Below are positions 10,631 to 19,051 of a stretch of DNA of 64,000 bases, in pieces. The DNA lies in IMG/VR virus record IMGVR_UViG_3300008111_000003, one strand, 5' to 3'. How positions within the stretch are numbered: the first letter of the stretch is position 1; every line of letters starts with the position of its first letter. The position numbers were made by a program, and so were the translations under genes. The DNA is from a virus. A model generated the notes under the pieces. That model was not told where the DNA came from and did no database searches. It saw only the letters and a program-made list of their open reading frames with translations.

Positions 10631-10722
10631 TTATCACCCATTGACTACGAGTGCGTTCAATGTATGATACACCAACACAGAGCAAATACGAGACTTTTCC
10701 TATTAAAAAAGGAGCAAGATAA

Positions 10723-10917
10723 ATGACTTGGCTTGATCTTTTTCAGTTTTTAAATGAGCGGGCTAATGACTTTCAAAATCTTGATAAGTTTAATTGGCAG
10801 CAAGAAGTTTCAGTATTTGATTTTGGTCAACTAGATTCATACTCAGTAGAAATAGTTCAACTACCAGATAATAAGTTTTATTTTAGCATTGATTCATCAC
10901 CCGTGGAGAAGTCTTAA
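10723..10917 (+). CDS. hypothetical protein
   Basis: AGGAG SD; promoter 10641-10668. Confidence 0.6.
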   Translation: MTWLDLFQFLNERANDFQNLDKFNWQQEVSVFDFGQLDSYSVEIVQLPDNKFYFSIDSSPVEKS

Positions 10918-11147
10918 TGGATTTGGAAATTGAGAGTTTGCTATTCAAACAGGTTGAAAAACCCAAGCACCATCTAATGACTAAAATTATTAATGTTTGG
11001 GAAAATCGTTATCGTATTAATGTTTATATTGAGATAGAAGAAGATAATCTAATTAAGAAGCGTATCCATAGTAGTTATTTTTGTCACTATAATCCGGGTA
11101 AACTAGTTATAAAGGATGGGCCAAATGGATCAGGAATTACAGAATAA
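10917..11147 (+). CDS. hypothetical protein
   Basis: coupled start. Confidence 0.6.
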   Translation: MDLEIESLLFKQVEKPKHHLMTKIINVWENRYRINVYIEIEEDNLIKKRIHSSYFCHYNPGKLVIKDGPNGSGITE

Positions 11148-11583
11148 ACTTTACACAGAATACCCTCAATTCTTTTCTAACAAAGATAAAACACCCAGGG
11201 AAAGCCCTATGTGTTTTGGTATAGAGACTGGAAACGGATGGTATGAAATACTAGATAGTTTGTGCTGGAAGATTAAACAGCATGAAGATAATAAACGATG
11301 GCAAAAAGAGTGGGAAAATAAAAAAAATCAAGAGATTAAAGATTCTATGGGATTTAGTATACAAGGAACAACGGAAGAGTATTTTTCTGTTAAATTTGAT
11401 CAGGTAAAAGAGAAGTATGGTGGTCTTAGGGTCTATTTTAGTGGTGGAGATAAGTACGTTGAGGGATTAGTGGGTATGGCAGAATCAATATCCTATTCCA
11501 TATGCGAAATTTGTGGAAATAAAGGTGAAGCAAATAAAGGCGGATGGATAAGTGTGCGTTGTGAGGCTCATAGAAATTCTTAA
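11116..11583 (+). CDS. conserved phage protein (GW...QVKEKxGGLR.Y...CExCG)
   Basis: motif widespread in large phages. Confidence 0.75.
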   Translation: MGQMDQELQNKLYTEYPQFFSNKDKTPRESPMCFGIETGNGWYEILDSLCWKIKQHEDNKRWQKEWENKKNQEIKDSMGFSIQGTTEEYFSVKFDQVKEKYGGLRVYFSGGDKYVEGLVGMAESISYSICEICGNKGEANKGGWISVRCEAHRNS

Positions 11584-11659
11584 AGAATCCCTCTTGACAG
11601 TGCCGATTACTCTGATATACTGAGAGAGTTGACAGCATCAATCACAGGAGAATCAGATA

Positions 11660-12064
11660 ATGAAGGGTCAGAAAAGTTGTCCAGATTGCGGAACCACAAC
11701 GGGACCGCGTGCTTATGCTTGCAAGAAGTGTAATCATATTTTTATCTTCAAGGCCAAAAGCAAAGAGGCTAAGAATACCAAGATCATCCATAATTTTAAT
11801 TGGAGAGACTTGGTTAAGGGAGATAAGATCAAGGTTACTGGAGGCCCATACTATGTTCACAGGGGAGACTTTCTTCGTATGGGTTATCGTGGCAAGTTTG
11901 TTGTTGAGAGTGTAGATAAGAACGGTATTCTTGCTTGGGGTTTGGATAAGAGTTGTGGATTTTGTCATATCTGGATGAATGGCGAAATGCAAAACAAAGA
12001 AACCGGAGTTTGGAAAATTCCGCACAAAATTCTGAAACTTAAACTTAGAGAACAAACAGTATGA
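11660..12064 (+). CDS. zinc-ribbon early protein
   Basis: CPDC...CKKC; promoter TTGACA-N16-TATACT at 11594-11621; AGGAG SD. Confidence 0.75.
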   Translation: MKGQKSCPDCGTTTGPRAYACKKCNHIFIFKAKSKEAKNTKIIHNFNWRDLVKGDKIKVTGGPYYVHRGDFLRMGYRGKFVVESVDKNGILAWGLDKSCGFCHIWMNGEMQNKETGVWKIPHKILKLKLREQTV

Positions 12065-12342
12065 GTCTTACCAAGTCTCAAAAAGATCAGTTGCTTCTTC
12101 TTAGAGAACATATGGAAGATATTAGTAAGAGTGTATTCCGAATAGGAGAAATTCTTAAAGAACATTTTCCAAAAGAATACGAATCTGCCTATCAACACTG
12201 GATTCCACAAATAGTGACTGGTCTTTATGACCATGATAAGTGGCTACCTAGAGGACAGTTGACAATGAAGGATACGCTTGATAGAATAGTAGACAAAGCG
12301 AACGATAGTGCTGCAAAAGGTGTAACTAAGTATATCAACTAA
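12061..12342 (+). CDS. hypothetical protein
   Basis: ATGA overlap. Confidence 0.65.
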   Translation: MSLTKSQKDQLLLLREHMEDISKSVFRIGEILKEHFPKEYESAYQHWIPQIVTGLYDHDKWLPRGQLTMKDTLDRIVDKANDSAAKGVTKYIN

Positions 12343-12354
12343 TTGGAGATTAAA

Positions 12355-12735
12355 ATGGACGATAATGTTTATTCGATCATTGATTTGGATGGTTACGCTA
12401 CAGAAATGCGTCATGGTGCTGCTTCTAGTTTGGCCGAAAACTATGATGAGAATCTAGACGATTATATTAGTCTTCAGCAGATTAAGAATATTGTGAAAAC
12501 TGAGTGCTTGGGATATGATGACCAAGATAGGCCACTTCTAAATGAAGAAACAAATATTAGTGTATATGAAAGTATCGTGACTTGGATTCATAATGTTGGG
12601 TTGGCTAAACTAGCAGCAAAAGACTTGATCGAATGCTGTTGGGATGATAAACTTAATGAAATGATTTTCTGGCAAAAGGAACCCCACAATGAACAACTTG
12701 ACTGCGGAGGAAAAAATCCAAAAACTCAAGGATAA
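12355..12735 (+). CDS. hypothetical acidic protein
   Basis: GGAG SD before ATG 12355. Confidence 0.65.
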   Translation: MDDNVYSIIDLDGYATEMRHGAASSLAENYDENLDDYISLQQIKNIVKTECLGYDDQDRPLLNEETNISVYESIVTWIHNVGLAKLAAKDLIECCWDDKLNEMIFWQKEPHNEQLDCGGKNPKTQG

Positions 12736-12839
12736 GATTGCGGACGCTAGAGATTATATTAGTTCAGACTTTTGCAAAACTTGTTCAGTAATGTATAAGA
12801 ACATTGAGAATTGGACAAAAGAACTAAGAGAATTAGAGA

Positions 12840-13397
12840 ATGAACGTACTGGATAGTTTAAAAAATCTTAGTATTAAGGATATTGGTCATTATTGCCATA
12901 GCAAAAGTATTCCTGCTAGTGTGGCTATGATTAATATTGGTGGTGATTTTAATCTTAGCACAATGGTGCGTAATGCAAATTTCTTTGGCTTTAGAAGTGT
13001 GCATTATGTTGGTAAAAAGAAGTGGGATAAAAGAGGAAGCGTAGGCACTCACCACTATACTCCTATGTATCATCACAAAGATGAAGAATCTTTTTTGCTA
13101 CAACTAAGTGGTCGAAGCATTATTGCTATTGAAAATAATATTCCAGAGTATTCTGATAAAACAGTGAATCTTTTTGAATATAACTTTGAGGATAATAAGC
13201 AACCCATATTTATATTTGGAGAAGAAAACAAAGGATTATCAAATATTATTCTAGACAGAGCAAATATTATTCTAACTATTCCTAATTATGGAAGTGTACG
13301 ATCACTAAATGTTGGAACAACTAGTGGGATAGTTATGGGTGTATACAGAAATTTTGTTGAGAGCAAAACTAAAGAGTTGACAGGTGTTGGTCGATAG
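12840..13397 (+). CDS. SpoU/TrmH-family RNA 2'-O-methyltransferase
   Basis: N.STMVR.A, FGEENKGL, IP.YG.VRSLNV SPOUT motifs. Confidence 0.88.
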   Translation: MNVLDSLKNLSIKDIGHYCHSKSIPASVAMINIGGDFNLSTMVRNANFFGFRSVHYVGKKKWDKRGSVGTHHYTPMYHHKDEESFLLQLSGRSIIAIENNIPEYSDKTVNLFEYNFEDNKQPIFIFGEENKGLSNIILDRANIILTIPNYGSVRSLNVGTTSGIVMGVYRNFVESKTKELTGVGR

Positions 13398-13418
13398 TGT
13401 AGAATAGAGATACAATGC

Positions 13419-13491
13419 GAGGCGTTCGTCTAATGGTAAAAGACGCCAGTCTTATTAACTGGACATGGGAGTTCGATTCTCTCACGCCTTA
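13419..13491 (+). tRNA. tRNA-Ile(UAU), CCA not encoded
   Basis: acceptor GAGGCGT/ACGCCTT, D stem GTCT/AGAC, anticodon stem CCAGT/ACTGG with loop CTTATTA, T arm GGGAG-TTCGATT-CTCTC; promoter TTGACA-N17-TAGAAT at 13377-13405. Confidence 0.8.
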
Positions 13492-13492
13492 C

Positions 13493-14005
13493 TTATTTTT
13501 GAACAATGAAATATTTTCTAGAACTATTCCCTTTATTTTTTGCTTTGTATGTTGGTAATTGACAATCACAATTAGGACAAACAATACGGAGATTGTCTAA
13601 TTTATTATTGTTCGATTTACCATCAATATGATCCACAATAAGGGTGATGGGTTTTCCATTCCAATCATCTCCTGACTGTCCGCAAATCATACAATTATTT
13701 CCATATTTACGCATGAAATATTTTCTGATAGTTACATTATGATAATGACCATTTCCAAAACTACCCTTTGCCTCAATCAAACTATCTGATTTTTCTCTTT
13801 TATGAGTTATTCTACAGGTTTGTGAGCAATACTTTCTTGGAGCATTAGTATTAAATTCAGTTTTTTTCTTACAATGTAAGCATTTAAAATATCTAGTTTG
13901 TTTTTGCCTTTTAGGTTTTAACTGATTATTATAAGACACCCCACATGATATACAACAAAATTTAGGATTACTAGTTTCTTTTGAACAATTAGCACAGTTA
14001 TTCAT
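13493..14005 (-). CDS. HNH endonuclease (second family)
   Basis: CMIC..LIVDHIDG.SNNN.LDNLRIVCPNC; GGAG SD before ATG 14005. Confidence 0.85.
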   Translation of the reverse strand: MNNCANCSKETSNPKFCCISCGVSYNNQLKPKRQKQTRYFKCLHCKKKTEFNTNAPRKYCSQTCRITHKREKSDSLIEAKGSFGNGHYHNVTIRKYFMRKYGNNCMICGQSGDDWNGKPITLIVDHIDGKSNNNKLDNLRIVCPNCDCQLPTYKAKNKGNSSRKYFIVQK

Positions 14006-14072
14006 AGCCGAACTCCACTTGTTATGACTTGATAAGTTATTATACACCATTTCGATTCAATAAGGAAATTTT

Positions 14073-14297
14073 ATGACTCACAGAAATCCTAATATTCCAT
14101 TTTATACAATTTTAGTCGGTTTGTTTTGTTTGTCTTTTGGCTATAATATTCATCTCTACAACAAAATTCAGGTTCTAGAATCATCTTTAACCCTTACTCG
14201 TTGTGGAACTAGTGAATATGAACTAATGAAGATTAAACAAGAAATAAAGCGTCTAGAATTTAATCAAGATAACACTAAAAGTGTATTAATTAAGTAA
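14073..14297 (+). CDS. single-TM hypothetical protein
   Basis: hydrophobic N-terminus. Confidence 0.55.
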   Translation: MTHRNPNIPFYTILVGLFCLSFGYNIHLYNKIQVLESSLTLTRCGTSEYELMKIKQEIKRLEFNQDNTKSVLIK

Positions 14298-14300
14298 TTG

Positions 14301-14654
14301 GGGGGCGAAATGTATCGATTGGATAACAGAGATTATATTAGCAAGTAGTGGTTGGTGGACGGGCCACTTTAAAAGTCTACCAAATGCTTTAACTGGCACA
14401 AATCAGTTAGCCCTTGCTGCCTAATTAAAAACGGGCAGTAACAGACTGCGATACCGAATGAGGGTAGGAATCAAAAGTCTGCTGTTAAATCCCTCTGCAC
14501 TTACAATATCCAACGGGTTGTAGGTTAAGAGAAGTTGGTAAGATGGAAAGAATCTTGTTTGTTCTATAATTCCATTTAACTCATGAACAAAATAAACTTG
14601 TAGAATATGTAATTAAAATTATCGCAACACTCGGCTTCGCCGCCGACGCCTCCA
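14301..14654 (+). ncRNA. ssrA: tmRNA, tag (A)GTNQLALAA
   Basis: 5' GGGGGCG pairs with 3' CGCCTCC-A with G3:U70 Ala determinant; resume codon GGC at 14395 after TAACT; tag ends LALAA-TAA (14424). Confidence 0.9.
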
Positions 14655-14681
14655 CTTTATAATGTGATTATGAAATGAATA

Positions 14682-15026
14682 ATGCCTAGAAAAATTTGTA
14701 TATACTGTGGTAAAAGAAAAAATCGAAAGAGTTTTCCCAAACACAGTTTATACAAAGATAAACTAGATACACGATGTAAAAAATGTGTTAAGGAACATTC
14801 AAAAGTTAGAGGCAAGTTACATAAAAAAGCACCACCAAAACCAGAAGTTTGTGAATGTTGTGGAAAAGTTCCACTAAAATGGTGTTTGGATCACGACCAT
14901 AGTGATGATAGTTTTAGGGGCTGGATTTGTGATAGATGCAATACTGGCATAGGAAAATTAGGAGATAATCTTCAAGGCATTGTGAATGCTATGAATTATT
15001 TTCTCTCAAGACCCAATAGCCAATAG
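14682..15026 (+). CDS. recombination endonuclease VII-domain protein
   Basis: CECC...LDHDH..RGWIC..CN.GIG.LGDN. Confidence 0.85.
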   Translation: MPRKICIYCGKRKNRKSFPKHSLYKDKLDTRCKKCVKEHSKVRGKLHKKAPPKPEVCECCGKVPLKWCLDHDHSDDSFRGWICDRCNTGIGKLGDNLQGIVNAMNYFLSRPNSQ

Positions 15027-15088
15027 CCGATACTTGACAAGGTGGTTGTCGCATGATATGATGGTGGAACACACAGGAGAAACTGGAA

Positions 15089-16222
15089 ATGAATAAGCAT
15101 TACGAAACCCTTTATTCCAGAGACAGTTTGGGTAATATTCGCATTTGGAAGATGGAGCAAAATGGTTCTAAGTATCGTACAATCGCCGGTCTACAAAATG
15201 GCGAACAGGTTACTAGCGAATGGACTGTTGCAGAAGGTAAGAATCAGGGAAAGAAAAACGAAACATCCTCTGTTGAACAGGCCACTAAAGAAATTGAGGC
15301 TAAATATAAAAAGCAAAAAAAGACGGGGTATTTTGACGATATTAATAGCGTGGACGATATGAGTTATATCGAACCTATGTTGGCTAAGTTGTATAAGGAC
15401 TATAGTAATAAGATTGATTTTTCTGAAGGAGAATATATTCTTCAGTGCAAGTTTAATGGCATGAGATGTGTGGCTACCAAGAGTGGTCTATTTACCAGAA
15501 AAGGTGAAAAGTATTTGTCTTGCCCCCATATTGAAAAATCTTTGGCTTCTTTCTTTAAAATGTATCCCGATGCGGTTTTGGACGGTGAGTTGTTTAATAA
15601 TGATCTTCGTCAACAACTTAATGAAATTAGCAAGTTAATTCGCCGCACCGTTAATATTTCTCAGGATGATTTGGATCGTAGCGAAAAACTTGTTAGATAT
15701 TATGTTTATGATGGATACGATTTTGGAATTAGCAAAGACTGTTGCTATAAGGAACGTAAGAAGTGGATTGATTCTAACATAGTAAACTCGTATAAATATG
15801 TTATGCCTGTCAAAGACTTCAGCATTAATTCTGAATCAGATCTAGACAAGCACTATTCTAGTTTTATTGATGATGGTCATGAGGGTGTCATGCTCAGATA
15901 TTCTAATATGGGCTATGAACATAAAAGAAGTAAGAATCTTTTGAAGGTTAAGCCGGAAGATTCAGAGGAAGCGATTATCGTCGATATTAAAGAAGGAACT
16001 GGTAATTGGAGTGGTACAGGAAAGACTATTACCTTGGATTGGAACGGAAAGATTTTTGATGCTAGTTTTAAGGGGTCTTATGAAGAAGCGGCCCAATTCC
16101 TTAAAGAAAGAAAAAAGTGGATCGGTCAAAATGTGGAGTTTCTCTATAATGGATTAACTGGTAAAGGTACTCCTAACTTTGCTAGGGTTGATGGAAATAA
16201 TTGTCTGAAATTAGATAGATAA
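15089..16222 (+). CDS. ATP-dependent DNA ligase
   Basis: KFNG.R motif I, LDGEL, YVYD, EGVMLR, LLKVK; promoter TTGACA-N17-TATGAT at 15034. Confidence 0.9.
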   Translation: MNKHYETLYSRDSLGNIRIWKMEQNGSKYRTIAGLQNGEQVTSEWTVAEGKNQGKKNETSSVEQATKEIEAKYKKQKKTGYFDDINSVDDMSYIEPMLAKLYKDYSNKIDFSEGEYILQCKFNGMRCVATKSGLFTRKGEKYLSCPHIEKSLASFFKMYPDAVLDGELFNNDLRQQLNEISKLIRRTVNISQDDLDRSEKLVRYYVYDGYDFGISKDCCYKERKKWIDSNIVNSYKYVMPVKDFSINSESDLDKHYSSFIDDGHEGVMLRYSNMGYEHKRSKNLLKVKPEDSEEAIIVDIKEGTGNWSGTGKTITLDWNGKIFDASFKGSYEEAAQFLKERKKWIGQNVEFLYNGLTGKGTPNFARVDGNNCLKLDR

Positions 16223-16315
16223 TATCTTATTACCTTTACTAATATTGTCTGTAGCCCATAAAGGCTGAAGATTGGAATAATGGAAACGCTGTTTTTGTTG
16301 TACTGGATCAGTCAA
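16211..16315 (-). pseudogene. C-terminal remnant of HNH homing endonuclease
   Basis: minus strand reads LTDPVQQKQRFHYSNLQPLWATDNISKGNKILSI*, matching the 8255-8908 C-terminus. Confidence 0.85.
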
Positions 16316-16316
16316 A

Positions 16317-16979
16317 ATGCTACAACTATATTGTTCTAGATCAGCATATATTGATAAGTTTACCATATACGGAGAAAGACACTCTGGAACTAACTTTCTA
16401 GAACAGTGTATAAAAGAAAGATTTGGATTAGAATTAACCTACTTTTTTGGATTCAAGCATTTTTTTGGATGGGCTAAACCAGAAACTATAAGTTATCATC
16501 CTATTAGTTTACACACTCTTTTTATTGGTATTGTGCGTGATCCATATCAATGGATAGTGGCTATGTTAAATGCTCCCCACCATGTTCATCCTCATAGAAC
16601 AGTAAATATACCCGCTTTTTTAACAAGCGAATGGTATTCTACTGATTATCATGATAAAGAAATTATGGAAGATAGAAGTTTTGTGAGTAAACAAAGATAT
16701 AAAAATATTTTTGATATGAGAACTACAAAATGTAGATATTTATCAGAAATTATGCCAGTAATTGCTCCAAACTATGTTTTATTTTCATACGATACTTTTC
16801 TTAAAAACTACGATAACTATCTAAACATACTACAAAATAGATTCTATCTTAAAAAAAGGGGAGAATCAACAAGACCAATTATCAAAAATAGTTATTCAGT
16901 AAGTCCTGAGATTAAAACAATCATTGATAATAATCTTGATTGGGAATTAGAAGAAAGTTTAGGTTTCAGCAAACGCTAA
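16317..16979 (+). CDS. sulfotransferase-like protein
   Basis: IYGERHSGTNFL PAPS-binding loop, KH, IVRDPYQW. Confidence 0.7.
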   Translation: MLQLYCSRSAYIDKFTIYGERHSGTNFLEQCIKERFGLELTYFFGFKHFFGWAKPETISYHPISLHTLFIGIVRDPYQWIVAMLNAPHHVHPHRTVNIPAFLTSEWYSTDYHDKEIMEDRSFVSKQRYKNIFDMRTTKCRYLSEIMPVIAPNYVLFSYDTFLKNYDNYLNILQNRFYLKKRGESTRPIIKNSYSVSPEIKTIIDNNLDWELEESLGFSKR

Positions 16980-17044
16980 AGAAACCCTCTTGACGAACCG
17001 ATACTATCTGCTATTATGCTGTTATAACCACTTTGGAGAAAACG

Positions 17045-17749
17045 ATGCAAGTGACCACTGTTAAAACTGCTAAAGAGCCTATTGTTATAAATACCTCTAA
17101 GGCCGATGAGTTTTTTAAAACCTTTCCAAAAGATAAGGTTGTAGCATATAAAGACTATTGGGAGAGTATTAGACCTCAAAATAACAGCGATATTTTTCGT
17201 CGGTATCTTTTTGCTTTCATGAGTGTCCATACTACATGGGAAAGTAATGTTAAGGGTTATAATGCTGTTAAAAACTTCGATGAATGGATTGATGACAAAA
17301 TATCACTTCTTGAAAAAATCAAAAACAGTGGAGTCGGTCTTCATAATAATCGTACAGAATATATTTGGGACTTTAAGGACAAGTTTTGGGCCAGTCCTAA
17401 AGATTATATTATAACCACTAAGAAATATCATGTTAAGAAGCGTGATAGCATCATAAATAAAATTCGCGGATTAGGAGCAGCGAAAATCTCATTCAGTTGC
17501 GAGATGCAAAATCCTAATGAATGTAGAGTAGTGTGTTTGGACGTTCATTTGCTTAGGCTTTATGGTTGCGAGAATCTAAAATATAACAAAAGCCCAAAGG
17601 GCATGGATATGTACAAAAATATCGAAAGACATTGGAGTATTAACTGCGGTCGAACAAATGTGCCTTGTTATATCATGAGGTCTTTGTATTGGAATACTTT
17701 ACAGAATCAAGAGAATTGTCGCTATTGGAGTCATTGTTTAGAATCATAA
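17045..17749 (+). CDS. HhH-family DNA glycosylase (8-oxoG glycosylase-like)
   Basis: IRGLGAAK.SF HhH and CLDVHLLR; promoter at 16990-17017. Confidence 0.75.
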   Translation: MQVTTVKTAKEPIVINTSKADEFFKTFPKDKVVAYKDYWESIRPQNNSDIFRRYLFAFMSVHTTWESNVKGYNAVKNFDEWIDDKISLLEKIKNSGVGLHNNRTEYIWDFKDKFWASPKDYIITTKKYHVKKRDSIINKIRGLGAAKISFSCEMQNPNECRVVCLDVHLLRLYGCENLKYNKSPKGMDMYKNIERHWSINCGRTNVPCYIMRSLYWNTLQNQENCRYWSHCLES

Positions 17750-17859
17750 AGTATCCAACCTCCTTTGGTTTTTTTAATCTTTTTCTTAACTAATTTGTAT
17801 ATAATTTCTTCTTTTAGTATTTTTCTTATAGCATATATTCCAGATACTTTTTGTCTCAT
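17731..17859 (-). pseudogene. internally deleted GIY-YIG homing endonuclease relic (42 aa)
   Basis: MRQKVSGIYAIRK...KLVKKKIKKTKGGWILYDSKQ*; AAGGA SD; GGTGTA motif upstream. Confidence 0.65.
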
Positions 17860-17983
17860 ATTGTAATTATCCTTTCTTCTAGAAGAAGATACGCCAACTC
17901 TACACCAAAACTATTATTTTCTTGACAGCCCGACAACCATACGATATTATAAACATAAGAGGGGTATTTCTGTATGAGCCAAA

Positions 17984-18346
17984 ATGGAAAAGGGTCCAAA
18001 CGCAGACCCAAAAGTATTGATCAAAAAACATGGGAGAAAAACTATGAAAGGATTTTTGGGACTCGGAAAAAAGACAGACCCAAAGATAGATGATGCTAAT
18101 ACTGTTCATTTTGAACTTTGTGGTTGTAAAAATGAAGTTCTAGTATTAGAGTATGATAAAGATATTGGCTTAATGGATTGTGCAATATACGAACATCCAT
18201 CATCTTTTTCCTCTAAATATAGTTGGACTGAAAAACTGAGATATATTTGGAGAGTTTGTAGATACAATAGACCATATAATGACCAGATAGTATTGGACAA
18301 AAATCAGATTCAAAACTTAAAAGAATTTCTGTCTAGGTGTAATTAA
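17984..18346 (+). CDS. hypothetical protein
   Basis: promoter TTGACA-N17-TATTAT at 17922-17950; start may be downstream (GGGAG..ATG 18043). Confidence 0.6.
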   Translation: MEKGPNADPKVLIKKHGRKTMKGFLGLGKKTDPKIDDANTVHFELCGCKNEVLVLEYDKDIGLMDCAIYEHPSSFSSKYSWTEKLRYIWRVCRYNRPYNDQIVLDKNQIQNLKEFLSRCN

Positions 18347-18372
18347 TATAGTCTCAATAAGGAGGCTAAATT

Positions 18373-18540
18373 ATGATTATGAAAAACTTTGTATCTGATG
18401 AATTGGCTAATAAGGTTTACCATCTAACCAAAGCACTAGATCAAGCCAAAGAAATAATTTCTAAATTAGAGCAGGAAAATAAGAGACTACAAAGTTTAAT
18501 TCATATCGAAGAAGAAAATTCTGTATCGGTTGCTGCTTAG
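18373..18540 (+). CDS. small coiled-coil protein ending -SVAA (55 aa, not in ORF track)
   Basis: AAGGAGG SD, GGTGTA motif at 18336. Confidence 0.65.
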   Translation: MIMKNFVSDELANKVYHLTKALDQAKEIISKLEQENKRLQSLIHIEEENSVSVAA

Positions 18541-18672
18541 GATTCAAAAAAAATTCATGTTGAGAGGGTTGACAAGACGATACTACAGTGTAGAATGAGG
18601 ATGTTGGTGCGGTTGGATCGGTCGCTTGACTGAACGCTCCAACAAAACTTGGATAGGATTTGGAGGTTGATT

Positions 18673-18954
18673 ATGAGCGATGTTGTTGAGAAGGTAAAGC
18701 AAACTAGGGTTCGTTGCTCTGATGAGCAGTTTCTTGAGGCTGTTTTTTCTAGCAAGACTTATGCTGAGATTGCTAGTAAGACCGGGCAAAAGGTTGCCAC
18801 AACTATGGCACGATATTCTCGTACCAAGGCTGCTCTTGCTAAAAAGGGCGAGGAACTTCCTAGCATGGAACGTGCGAAGCCCGCAAAGAGCGTGGATAAT
18901 GTTGAGGCTATGGCCGACGTTGTGCGTCGTCTAAAGGCTCACAGGAACTCTTGA
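18673..18954 (+). CDS. HTH-like early DNA-binding protein
   Basis: TYAEIASKTGQKVATTMAR; GGAGGT SD; promoter TTGACA-N16-TAGAAT at 18569-18596 with A-tract. Confidence 0.75.
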   Translation: MSDVVEKVKQTRVRCSDEQFLEAVFSSKTYAEIASKTGQKVATTMARYSRTKAALAKKGEELPSMERAKPAKSVDNVEAMADVVRRLKAHRNS

Positions 18955-18963
18955 TTTAAAACC

Positions 18964-19049
18964 ATAAGCAACCACTACAATAGTTTAAACGACGAGGCCC
19001 AAGCATAATCAACCTCAGTCAGATAGATTATTGTAGTTGGTTGTTTTAT
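18964..19049 (+). ncRNA. long hairpin, candidate structured RNA
   Basis: ~24-bp imperfect stem with G-U pairs plus inner GAC-GAGG/CCTC-A-GTC stem. Confidence 0.5.
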
Positions 19050-19051
19050 AT

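Noticed and set aside
13446-13462. Reading the first tRNA as an ochre (UUA anticodon) suppressor
   Set aside because: The 5-bp stem and 7-nt loop place TAT at 34-36; TAA is the main stop codon here
18964-19049. SRP RNA, 6S RNA or simple terminator identity for the long hairpin
   Set aside because: Lacks SRP motifs, too short for 6S, and the long internally structured stem runs directly into a tRNA; left as unknown
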